Positions 38,746 through 46,470 of a stretch of 64,000 nucleotides of DNA are shown here, one piece after another; position 1 is the first letter of the stretch, and each line of letters opens with the position of its first letter. The stretch comes from a bacterium (GTDB lineage Bacteria > Electryoneota > Electryoneia > Electryoneales > Electryoneaceae). The stretch is taken from the NCBI GenBank assembly GCA_963675295.2, contig CAXXKJ010000002.1, forward strand, positions 1,760,001 to 1,824,000. Reading direction: 5' to 3'. The notes beneath the pieces were generated by a model. That model made no database searches, was not told the DNA's origin, and saw only the letters and a list, made by a program, of their open reading frames with translations. The translations under genes and the position numbers were made by a program.

Positions 38746-40089
38746 GTGGGATCGAAACCGGTCGCATCAAACGAAGACTCATCGCCGGAGGCGTCTACGA
38801 GTACATTCTGGTCAGATACGCGCCAGTTCCTGTTCCGCTTTCTCAAGGTGGTCTACCGGGAAAGCCTGCGTGACATGATCCCGATTCGCGCGGCGAGCCT
38901 GACGTACGCGACGATGCTCACCCTGATTCCCGTCCTGGTCATCCTCTTCAGCATTTTCCAGCTGTTTGGCGGTGCGGACTGGTTTGAAACGACCGTTCGT
39001 CCGTTCATCCTCGACAACCTCGCGCCCGGTACCGGCGAGGGAGTCGCCACGCGTCTCGAGGAAATCATCACCAACGCCGGCGGGTTCGCGTTGAACGGGA
39101 TCGGCGTGCTGGTGTTGGTCATCGCGGTGTGGTCGATTTTCAGCGGTGTCGAGGGCACGGTCAACGCGATCTGGGGCGCACGTTCCAGCGCGGGTTCATT
39201 GAAACGGTTGCCGCTGTATTGGGGATTGATCACGATTGTCCCGATCCTGATTGTCGGGTCGCTGGCGTTGACGACGTATGTGCAGGCGCTGCCGTTCATC
39301 AGCAAGACGGTTGAGAGTTTCGGCATCCTGGAAACACTGTTCAACCGGGCGGTGACGGCCGGGATGATCATCCTCGGACTGTTCCTGTTCTACCAGTTTG
39401 TCCCGGCGACACGGGTGCAACCGCGGTACGCGCTGGCGTCCGCGACCATCGCCGGCCTGCTGTACGAAATCCTCAAGTCCGGCTTTATTTTCTACACTAC
39501 CAACCTCGTCCAGTACAACCTGATCTACGGGTCGCTGGCGGCAATCCCGCTGCTGCTGATCTGGATCAATCTATCCTGGGTGCTTGTATTGGCTGGTGTC
39601 GAGATGACTTTTGTCCAGCAGCATTACCAGACCCTCGCGAACAAGTCGAAGGGGTTGCGGCTGTCAAAACCACAACGGAATGTGCTCGGGTATCTGCTGC
39701 TGTTCGAGGCGACAAAGGTGTTCCGTGGCGAACGGGGCGAGAGTTCACGGTTCAACCCGGTGCTGTGGGGGGATGACTACGGTCTGCCGCCGGGCCTGAT
39801 TGACGCGACGGTAGACAAGCTGCAGGAAGGCGGGCTGGTCGAACGTGTCGGTTCGCCGCCGGACGACATCATGCTCGCGCGCAGCCCGAAACAGATCCCG
39901 GTGGAAGAGGTGGACGCGTTGCTGATGTCCGTGAAGCGGTCGGAGTTCGACTGGCCCGACCACCCGGCGTGGCAGTGGATGAAGGGCTGGATGAACTCGC
40001 GGCAGGATGCGTCGCTGCGTGCGGTCGAGTCGCGTACGCTGGATGAACTGGTGCAGGAATTCGAGGCTCGTCAGAGTGGGGAACGGTAG
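38746..40089 (+). CDS. YihY/BrkB family membrane protein with C-terminal Rrf2-like winged-helix extension
   Basis: RAASLTYATMLTLIP, VEGTVNAIWG, YNLIYGSLAAIPLLLIWI; soluble tail with KLQEGGLV..LARSPKQI. Confidence 0.88.
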   Translation: MGSKPVASNEDSSPEASTSTFWSDTRQFLFRFLKVVYRESLRDMIPIRAASLTYATMLTLIPVLVILFSIFQLFGGADWFETTVRPFILDNLAPGTGEGVATRLEEIITNAGGFALNGIGVLVLVIAVWSIFSGVEGTVNAIWGARSSAGSLKRLPLYWGLITIVPILIVGSLALTTYVQALPFISKTVESFGILETLFNRAVTAGMIILGLFLFYQFVPATRVQPRYALASATIAGLLYEILKSGFIFYTTNLVQYNLIYGSLAAIPLLLIWINLSWVLVLAGVEMTFVQQHYQTLANKSKGLRLSKPQRNVLGYLLLFEATKVFRGERGESSRFNPVLWGDDYGLPPGLIDATVDKLQEGGLVERVGSPPDDIMLARSPKQIPVEEVDALLMSVKRSEFDWPDHPAWQWMKGWMNSRQDASLRAVESRTLDELVQEFEARQSGER

Positions 40090-40179
40090 GTGGTAGGCGG
40101 TAGATCGGTGATCGGTGGGCGGTAGATCGGTGATCGGAAAATGACAATCTGCCCTCGGTGGCCGGTTGGTAGTGCAAGG

Positions 40180-40326
40180 GTGTCATTCTGAATGGAACGA
40201 AGTGGAATGAAGAATCTCCAGCTTTGATCACCGTAAATTAACCCCGATCTTCTTCACTTCGTTCAGAATGACGTTGCTTTTGAAGGCGGATAATATGGAG
40301 ATCCTTCACTTCGTTCAGGATGACAC
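40180..40326. repeat. Palindromic element, family C (GTCATTCTGA...GAAGAATCT / AGATCCTTC...TCAGGATGAC): one left unit and two right units
   Basis: Left unit 40180-40220; right units at about 40246-40272 and 40296-40326; homologous to 47264-47366. Confidence 0.85.
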
Positions 40327-40330
40327 ACCG

Positions 40331-40358
40331 ATTACCACGGACTGAAGTCCGTGGTAAT
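40331..40358. repeat. REP-like palindrome, family A variant
   Basis: attaccacggact-ga-agtccgtggtaat. Confidence 0.88.
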
Positions 40359-40428
40359 GTTTATACCATTGCGCATCGCCTACGCCCATAACCCACAGCC
40401 CATAGCCTATTGACTGGAATCTGAACAC

Positions 40429-40460
40429 AAAAACGCCGCCTCCGGTTGGAGGCGGCGTTT
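40429..40460 (-). terminator. Rho-independent terminator after the flavodoxin gene (possibly bidirectional)
   Basis: aaaaacgccgcctcc-ggtt-ggaggcggcgttt. Confidence 0.85.
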
Positions 40461-40513
40461 GACGTTGCAGCGAAACGAATCACCCAGGCGGGTGATCGGT
40501 CAACAGATCGTTC

Positions 40514-41020
40514 TTATTCGAAGAACTCCTTGATGTCGTCGCACCAGTCTTCGACACGTTCTTCAGTCATGTCGTCCTGGTTGTCTTCGTCGATCGCGAG
40601 GCCGACGAAGTTGCCATCGACTACGGCCTTGGAGGTATCGAACTCGTAGCCGTCGGTCGGCCAGGAGCCCACGACCTTGCCGCCGTCGCCGGTGACCTTG
40701 TCGTACACAGCGCGCATGGCATCGAGGAAGAATTCCGGGTAGCCTTCCTGGTCGCCAAGGCCGAAGATCGCAACGGTCTTGCCGCTGAAGTTGACGTCAT
40801 CCATCTCATCTTCGAAGAAGGTTTCCCAGTCTTCCTGGAGCTCGCCGTCGTTCCAGGTCGGGATTCCGAGGATCAGCTTGTCGTAGCCGTTCATGTCGTC
40901 CGCGCTGACTTCACTGATCTCTTTGATGTCATCAATCAGATCACCGAGTTCGTCCTTGATCATCTCAGCGACTTTTTCGGTGTTCCCGGTAGACGATCCG
41001 TAGATAATCGCCGTGGCCAT
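40514..41020 (-). CDS. fldA: Long-chain flavodoxin
   Basis: IIYGSSTGNTE, LGIPTWNDGELQEDW, FGLGDQEGY, FVGLAIDEDNQ; GGGAGG RBS. Confidence 0.95.
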   Translation of the reverse strand: MATAIIYGSSTGNTEKVAEMIKDELGDLIDDIKEISEVSADDMNGYDKLILGIPTWNDGELQEDWETFFEDEMDDVNFSGKTVAIFGLGDQEGYPEFFLDAMRAVYDKVTGDGGKVVGSWPTDGYEFDTSKAVVDGNFVGLAIDEDNQDDMTEERVEDWCDDIKEFFE

Positions 41021-41073
41021 GCTTGCCTCCCTTAGCGGGGTGTTGAACGTAGTCCTGTTGTTTTGCAAGCCGA

Positions 41074-41102
41074 AAGGTAGGGTGCTGTTTTGCGAGACGC
41101 AA
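41074..41102 (-). promoter_or_regulatory. Putative sigma70 promoter of the flavodoxin gene
   Basis: Minus strand TTGCGT-N17-TACCTT; the -35 lies inside palindrome TTGCG-N3-CGCAA. Confidence 0.45.
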
Positions 41103-41197
41103 CGAACGCTCTCGCCTCAAACCGGAGGCAGGGGAGAGCCCCGTAACACCTTTCCCTCAGGCTGGTTTCGCAGATTAAAGATGGTTGAATCAAACAG

Positions 41198-41223
41198 AAA
41201 CACCCTCCGTACGGCGGAGGGTG
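41198..41223 (-). terminator. Putative terminator after frr
   Basis: caccctccg-tacgg-cggagggtg with adjacent A-rich run on the + strand. Confidence 0.65.
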
Positions 41224-41251
41224 GGGGGATCTGTGGTAATGGTCCAGTTTT

Positions 41252-41812
41252 TCAGATCTCGAGGATTTCCTCTTCCTTGTCCTTCATGACCTCGTCGATA
41301 CGCTTGATGTGTTCATCGGTCAACTTCTGGATATCATTGAGCGCATCGTGCATGTTGTCTTCCGAGATCTCGTGCGCCTTCTCCAACTTCTTCGCGGCAT
41401 CGTTGGCATCACGTCTCACCTGCCGCACCGCCTGCCGTGCTTCTTCGGCGTGCTTGTGCACCAGCTTAACGATGTCCTTGCGCCGTTCCTCGGTAAGCGC
41501 CGGGATGTTGATTCGGACCACGGTCCCGTCATTAATCGGGTTGAGGTCGAGGTCGGAGATGCGAATCGCTTTTTCGATCGCCGGGATCAGGTTCTTGTCG
41601 TACGGCTGGATGGCAATGGTCCTCATATCCGGAGTGAGCAGGTTGGAGATCTGCTGTAGCGGCACTTCGGTTCCGTATGCGTTCGCCGTGATTCCGTCCA
41701 GCAGACCCACGGAGGCTTTCCCCGTCCGAATGCGGGAATAAGTGTCCTGCAAGAATCGGACAGTTTTGTCCATCCGGTCTTCAGCGTCAAGCATGATCTC
41801 GTCAATATCCAT
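41252..41812 (-). CDS. frr: Ribosome recycling factor
   Basis: SRIRTGKAS, IEKAIRISDLDLNP, PALTEERRK; follows pyrH. Confidence 0.97.
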   Translation of the reverse strand: MDIDEIMLDAEDRMDKTVRFLQDTYSRIRTGKASVGLLDGITANAYGTEVPLQQISNLLTPDMRTIAIQPYDKNLIPAIEKAIRISDLDLNPINDGTVVRINIPALTEERRKDIVKLVHKHAEEARQAVRQVRRDANDAAKKLEKAHEISEDNMHDALNDIQKLTDEHIKRIDEVMKDKEEEILEI

Positions 41813-41907
41813 CGGAAACTCCACTCCTGAGTGGTTCAAAAACCGGCACGTCTTAAAGATCGCACAATTTCAGCATCAGAAGACGCAGGGTCAAGCTCTG
41901 AGCGAGA

Positions 41908-41945
41908 AAGGTCCAACTCCACCGGTTCCGGTGGAGTTGGACCTT
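41908..41945. repeat. Long perfect hairpin between pyrH and frr (REP-like, family D)
   Basis: aaggtccaactccaccgg-tt-ccggtggagttggacctt (18-bp stem). Confidence 0.8.
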
Positions 41946-41969
41946 GAAAGTATAAAAATGTTCGGTGAA

Positions 41970-42685
41970 TCAGTCGGACACGAGCGTCCCGATGTCTTCA
42001 CCACGCAGCAGGCGGATCAGGCGTCCACGTTCCGTCATGTCGAAGACACGCACCGGGACATTGTTGTCCTGGCAGAAGGTGAACGCGGTCAGATCCATCA
42101 CCCGCAGCTGCTTCTTGATCACTTCGGTGAAGGTCAGCTTGTCGAACTTCTTCGCATCCGGGAACTTCTCCGGATCCTTGTCAAACACGCCGTCCACCCG
42201 TGTGCCCTTCAGCAGCACATCCGCACCGATCTCGGACGCACGCAGCGCGGCGGCGGTGTCGGTGGTGAAGTACGGGTTGCCGGTTCCGGCGGCGAAAATG
42301 ACCATGCGGCCCTTTTCAAGGTGCCGGATCGCACGGCGGCGGATGTACGGTTCCGCGACTTCGTCGACGCCGATCGCCGACTGGACGCGGGTCTGCAATC
42401 CAACACGTTCCGCGAAGTCCTGCAACGCGATGGCGTTGATCACGGTTGCCATCATGCCCATGTGATCGGCGGGGACACGTTCCATACCCTTACCGACGGT
42501 GGACAGGCCGCGGAAGATGTTGCCCGCGCCAACCACGATGGCGAGCTCGACGCCAAGATCGCTGATCTCTTTCAGATCAAGCGAGATATTGTGCATCATC
42601 TCTTCGTCGAGGCCGTACTTCTTTTCACGGCGAGCATTTCACCGGAGAGCTTCAGCAAGACTCGTTTGTACGGAAGGTTGCTCAC
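41970..42685 (-). CDS. pyrH: UMP kinase with an apparent 1-bp frameshift near 42628
   Basis: GTG at 42685 (overlapping tsf TGA) gives [19 protein letters not shown], then the frame changes; remainder has [33 protein letters not shown]. Confidence 0.92.
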
Positions 42686-43560
42686 TCTTCGCCGCCTTCT
42701 TCGTCCGACTGCGTGTCGCCAACCTTGAAGCGCAGGAAGGCATCCACCTTGATTTCGCCACCGGCATCCTTGACAGCCTGCGCGACGACATCCTTGACCT
42801 TCATCTTGGAATCCTTGACGAAGATCTGGTTCAGCAGGCAGATTTCCTCGAAGAACTTGTTCAGCTTACCGGTCGCGATCTTGTCCAGCATCTCTTCCGG
42901 CTTGCCTTCGTTCCGCATCTGGGTCTTGTAGATTTCCTTTTCGGCCTCGATCACGTTCTCCGGGACCTGGTCCTGGGAAACGTACTGCGGGCCGGCAGCG
43001 GCGATCTGCAAAGTCAGTTCGTGCGCGAGGTTCTTCGCGACGTCGCTGGTTGCGGCAGCACCGGTCAAGCCGATGATCACGCCGAGCATATCGCCGGGGT
43101 GAGTGTACTTGTCCACGAACCCGTCGCACTGGATGTACCCTGCGCGCGCGATCTGCATTTTTTCACCCAGCTTGCCGGACAGTTCCTGCAAGTCGGTGGT
43201 ATCGAACTCGTCCACCGGGATCAGGTTGTCGTCACCGGTTTTGCTGGCGAAGGTCATCGCGACATCACCGAACGCTTCGGCGGTCTTGACAAACTCTTCG
43301 TTGCGTGCGACGAAATCGGTTTCGCTGTTGACTTCAACGATGGCGCCGGCGGTGTTGTCATCATTGACCCGCACGACGATGCGGCCTTCGTTGGCCGAAC
43401 GGCCGGCACGCTTGGCCGCGCTGGCGATACCTTTTTCACGGAGGTACTTCACCGCGGCGTCGAAGTCGCCGTTGGTCTCGTTCAGCGCCTTCTTGCAATC
43501 CATCATTCCCGCGCCGGTCTGCTGGCGCAGCTTCATCACATCTTTCGCGGCTATCGACAT
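42682..43560 (-). CDS. tsf: Elongation factor Ts
   Basis: VMKLRQQTGAGMMDCKKAL, EVNSETDFVARN, GKPEEMLDKI. Confidence 0.98.
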   Translation of the reverse strand: MSIAAKDVMKLRQQTGAGMMDCKKALNETNGDFDAAVKYLREKGIASAAKRAGRSANEGRIVVRVNDDNTAGAIVEVNSETDFVARNEEFVKTAEAFGDVAMTFASKTGDDNLIPVDEFDTTDLQELSGKLGEKMQIARAGYIQCDGFVDKYTHPGDMLGVIIGLTGAAATSDVAKNLAHELTLQIAAAGPQYVSQDQVPENVIEAEKEIYKTQMRNEGKPEEMLDKIATGKLNKFFEEICLLNQIFVKDSKMKVKDVVAQAVKDAGGEIKVDAFLRFKVGDTQSDEEGGEE

Positions 43561-43680
43561 GGGTCGACCTTTCTCGAATTCTAGTTCGAACGTTACTCGT
43601 GAATGCACATGGGGTGGCAGCGAATGTGCCGGAACCCGCCCTCCCGGAGTCTGAACTCCGGAAGCTGACGCAAGTTTCAG

Positions 43681-43708
43681 AAAAAAGGGCGGGAAACGAT
43701 ACCCGCCC
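43681..43708 (-). terminator. Terminator/attenuator between rpsB and tsf
   Basis: gggcggg...cccgccc stem with a T run on the minus strand. Confidence 0.7.
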
Positions 43709-43715
43709 AGTGAGC

Positions 43716-44504
43716 TTACTTGCTGCGCTTGGCGGCAGCGCCACGACGGCGCCGGGGGCCCTGCTTCCGCTGCTTATCGTCCTGCGGTTCCTCGTCCTTC
43801 TTTTCCTGCTTGTGGGCTTCGTAAACCGCAAGGCCTTCGATGACGGCGTCCGTGAAGGTCTTGGTAATCAGACCGATGGACTTGTACGCGTCATCATTGG
43901 CGGGAATCGGATAATCGATCGGGTCCGGATCAGAGTTTGTGTCCACGATGGCGAAGATCGGCAAGCCGAGCTTTTTCGCTTCGCGGACAGCAATGTCCTC
44001 CTGCACGGTGTCGACGATGAACAGCGCGCCGGGCAGTCGCTTCATGTTGCGGATACCGCCGAGGTTCAGCTCGAGCTTGCTGCGCTCGGCATCCATCGAC
44101 AGGCGCTCCTTCTTGGTGACGCTGTCATACGTGCCGTCGACCACCTTCTTTTCCAGCGCTTCCAGCTTCTTGATCGATTTCCGGATGGTGGCGAAGTTGG
44201 TCAACATGCCGCCGAGCCAGCGTTCGCTGACGTAGGGCATGTTGGCGCGGGTGGCTTCTGCCTTGATGATGTCACGCGCCTGCTTCTTCGTCCCGACGTA
44301 GAGGATGCCATCACCACGCGCTGCGATACGCGACGCGACGGCGTCAGCAGTTTCCATCAACTTGAGGGTCTTGTTCAGGTCGATGATGTAGATGCCGTTC
44401 TTCTCCATGAAGATGTACGGCTTCATCTTCGGATTCCACCGGCGTGTCAGGTGGCCGAAATGGGATCCGGCGAGGATCAACTGCTGAACGTTAACGCGTG
44501 CCAT
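43716..44504 (-). CDS. rpsB: 30S ribosomal protein S2
   Basis: AGSHFGHLTRRWNPKMKPYI, VGTKKQA, RWLGGMLTNF, IPANDDA. Confidence 0.98.
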   Translation of the reverse strand: MARVNVQQLILAGSHFGHLTRRWNPKMKPYIFMEKNGIYIIDLNKTLKLMETADAVASRIAARGDGILYVGTKKQARDIIKAEATRANMPYVSERWLGGMLTNFATIRKSIKKLEALEKKVVDGTYDSVTKKERLSMDAERSKLELNLGGIRNMKRLPGALFIVDTVQEDIAVREAKKLGLPIFAIVDTNSDPDPIDYPIPANDDAYKSIGLITKTFTDAVIEGLAVYEAHKQEKKDEEPQDDKQRKQGPRRRRGAAAKRSK

Positions 44505-44651
44505 CGTACTATCCTTTCCTGGTGCCCTCACCGACTCGAAGCAGGGACGGCTCGTCCGCACCCTTGGCCGGTTTGTTGAGCGGCTTTTGGCGACAAAAGG
44601 GTCGCCATGACTTATCGTACTGCCGGCAGGACCATCCCACCAGCAGGTAAC

Positions 44652-44680
44652 AAAAGATCGAAGGGAGTTTCCCTTCGATC
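44652..44680 (-). terminator. Terminator after rpsI
   Basis: Minus strand gatcgaaggg-aaact-cccttcgatc-tttt. Confidence 0.75.
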
Positions 44681-44738
44681 CGGAAAGTAGCTTGCCAGAT
44701 TGCCGGATGATGAGGTCCGGCGTGGTCTCCGGTTCCCG

Positions 44739-45140
44739 TTAACGCTTGGAGAACTGGTACTTCTTACGGGCGCCGGGCTGACCGTACTTCTTACGTTCCT
44801 TCTCACGCGGGTCGCGGGTCATGAACCCGGCACGCCGCATGATGGTCTTGTAATCTTCGTTGGTCTTGACGAGGCAGCGGCTGATGCCCAAACGCATCGC
44901 GCCGGCCTGGCCGGACAGACCGCCACCGTGGCAGACGGCGTAGATGTCGTACTTGCCGACACCTTCGACCGCTGCGAGCGGCTGCTCGATGATCTGCTGC
45001 AGGATTTCGCGCTTGAAATGCCCGAGCAGGTCCTTGCCGTTCACGACCACGTTCCCCGTACCCGGGGCGAGCCACACCTTGGCAACCGAGGTCTTACGGC
45101 GTCCGGTAGAATACACGGAATTCGCTGGAATCTTTGCCAT
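44739..45140 (-). CDS. rpsI: 30S ribosomal protein S9
   Basis: TGRRKTSVA, GGGLSGQAGA, TRDPREKERKKYG..ARKKYQFSKR. Confidence 0.98.
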   Translation of the reverse strand: MAKIPANSVYSTGRRKTSVAKVWLAPGTGNVVVNGKDLLGHFKREILQQIIEQPLAAVEGVGKYDIYAVCHGGGLSGQAGAMRLGISRCLVKTNEDYKTIMRRAGFMTRDPREKERKKYGQPGARKKYQFSKR

Positions 45141-45148
45141 CATTTACC

Positions 45149-45577
45149 TCAGAGCGGGAACGGTTGTGGTTTCTGCGCGTCGTGCGGGTGCGTCTCCGAA
45201 GCATACACCTTCAGCTTCTTGATCTGACGGCGCCCCAGCGGCCCCTTCGGCAGCATGCCCCAGACGGCCTTGCGCAGCACACGGTCCGGATGTTTCTCTA
45301 GCATTTCCGACAACAGCTTGGTACGGAAACCGCCCGGATGTCCGGTGTGGTGCCAGTAGACCTTCTTATCGAGCTTGCGGCCGGTGAACTCCAGCTTGTC
45401 CGCGTTGGTCACGACGACAAAGTCGCCGCCGTCCACATGCGGGCTGAAGGTTGGCTTGTGCTTACCACGAAGCACGGTCGCGATGCGCGTGGCCAAACGT
45501 CCGAGGACTTCGCCCTCAGCGTCGATCACGTACCAGTTCCGCTCGACCGTATCCTTGTTCAAGTGATGGGTTTTCAC
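45149..45577 (-). CDS. rplM: 50S ribosomal protein L13
   Basis: [45 protein letters not shown]; GTG start. Confidence 0.98.
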   Translation of the reverse strand: MKTHHLNKDTVERNWYVIDAEGEVLGRLATRIATVLRGKHKPTFSPHVDGGDFVVVTNADKLEFTGRKLDKKVYWHHTGHPGGFRTKLLSEMLEKHPDRVLRKAVWGMLPKGPLGRRQIKKLKVYASETHPHDAQKPQPFPL

Positions 45578-45882
45578 GCTTCCCACCCTACGTTTACACA
45601 GAGAAAAAAGGGACGCATCCGCCGAAACCGCAGGCTGCCGGTTACGGACACGCACCCGGTGTTCTAGCTATAGAGCAGCCGAGATGATACAGCTCAAACT
45701 GCCTGAACGCAATACACTGCGGGCCTCCGGGAGGGTTTTCCCGGGGCGAGGCAAGATAAGCAGGGAGGGACGGTCACGCTAGCTCTGAATGTGCCTCGGA
45801 GACCGGGAGAGACAGGGGCGGTGTGGCGCACGGGACGGCGTGTTTGGGTTGTTCGTGTTGTTTGGTTCGCTCGCGAGGTCTC

Positions 45883-45914
45883 TTGACTTGAATCCCGTCT
45901 TGAACGTATGTTCA
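45883..45914 (+). promoter_or_regulatory. Putative sigma70 promoter with overlapping LexA-type (GAAC-N4-GTTC) palindrome
   Basis: TTGACT (45883)-N18-TATGTT (45907); palindrome TGAAC-GTAT-GTTCA at 45901-45914 covers the -10. Confidence 0.5.
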
Positions 45915-45946
45915 GCTCCGCTGGCTTCTGTCCAGCCACCACGCTG

Positions 45947-46372
45947 CTAATACCAGCTTTTCTTCTTCTGCTTTTTTATCCAAGGATGCAGTAGACTGTG
46001 ACAAGGCTCGCAAAGACTAATAAGGTTTCGCATGTCATTTCCTCCACCATGATCTACTGGTTTGATGTGATGAACATGCAGAGCCACACCTGTTTTTTGA
46101 CATCGTTGATTTTGACAAGTGTAGTTATCCCGCTTAAGTACAGCTTTTCTTACCGGTTCCCAAACTTCTGGTGCCCTTAAATCAGTAAGATTATCCTCAC
46201 AAATTCTGTCAAATCGCCAATTCCAGAACCATCTTATAAGAAATCTAACGAAAACGTTTTGTTTATAGTATTGTTCGTCCATCTTCTGGATTTTTGGATG
46301 CATTACACCCTTATAATCCACTTTGTTACCAGGAGGATATACAACTTTCAGACGACTTTGATCCCATGACAT
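45947..46372 (-). CDS. HNH endonuclease (low GC)
   Basis: WEPVRKAVLKRDNYTCQNQRC...LHVHHIKP...GGGNDMRNLISLCEPCHSLLH. Confidence 0.92.
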   Translation of the reverse strand: MSWDQSRLKVVYPPGNKVDYKGVMHPKIQKMDEQYYKQNVFVRFLIRWFWNWRFDRICEDNLTDLRAPEVWEPVRKAVLKRDNYTCQNQRCQKTGVALHVHHIKPVDHGGGNDMRNLISLCEPCHSLLHPWIKKQKKKSWY

Positions 46373-46470
46373 TTCTCACCCCCAGTGGATCGATAATCCG
46401 CAAATAGTCCGGATCAATATACAAACAACATTAGATCCCATCACACCCACCTCGTTCGGAGACCTTCCTC

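Noticed and set aside
268-38782. Other long antisense ORFs (268-1707, 7176-8582, 21747-23330, 37400-38782)
   Set aside because: Each mirrors well-supported genes on the opposite strand and has no recognisable domain
44505-44650. rpsB autoregulatory leader RNA
   Set aside because: Plausible by position and contains small hairpins, but I could not match a known consensus, so it is not called
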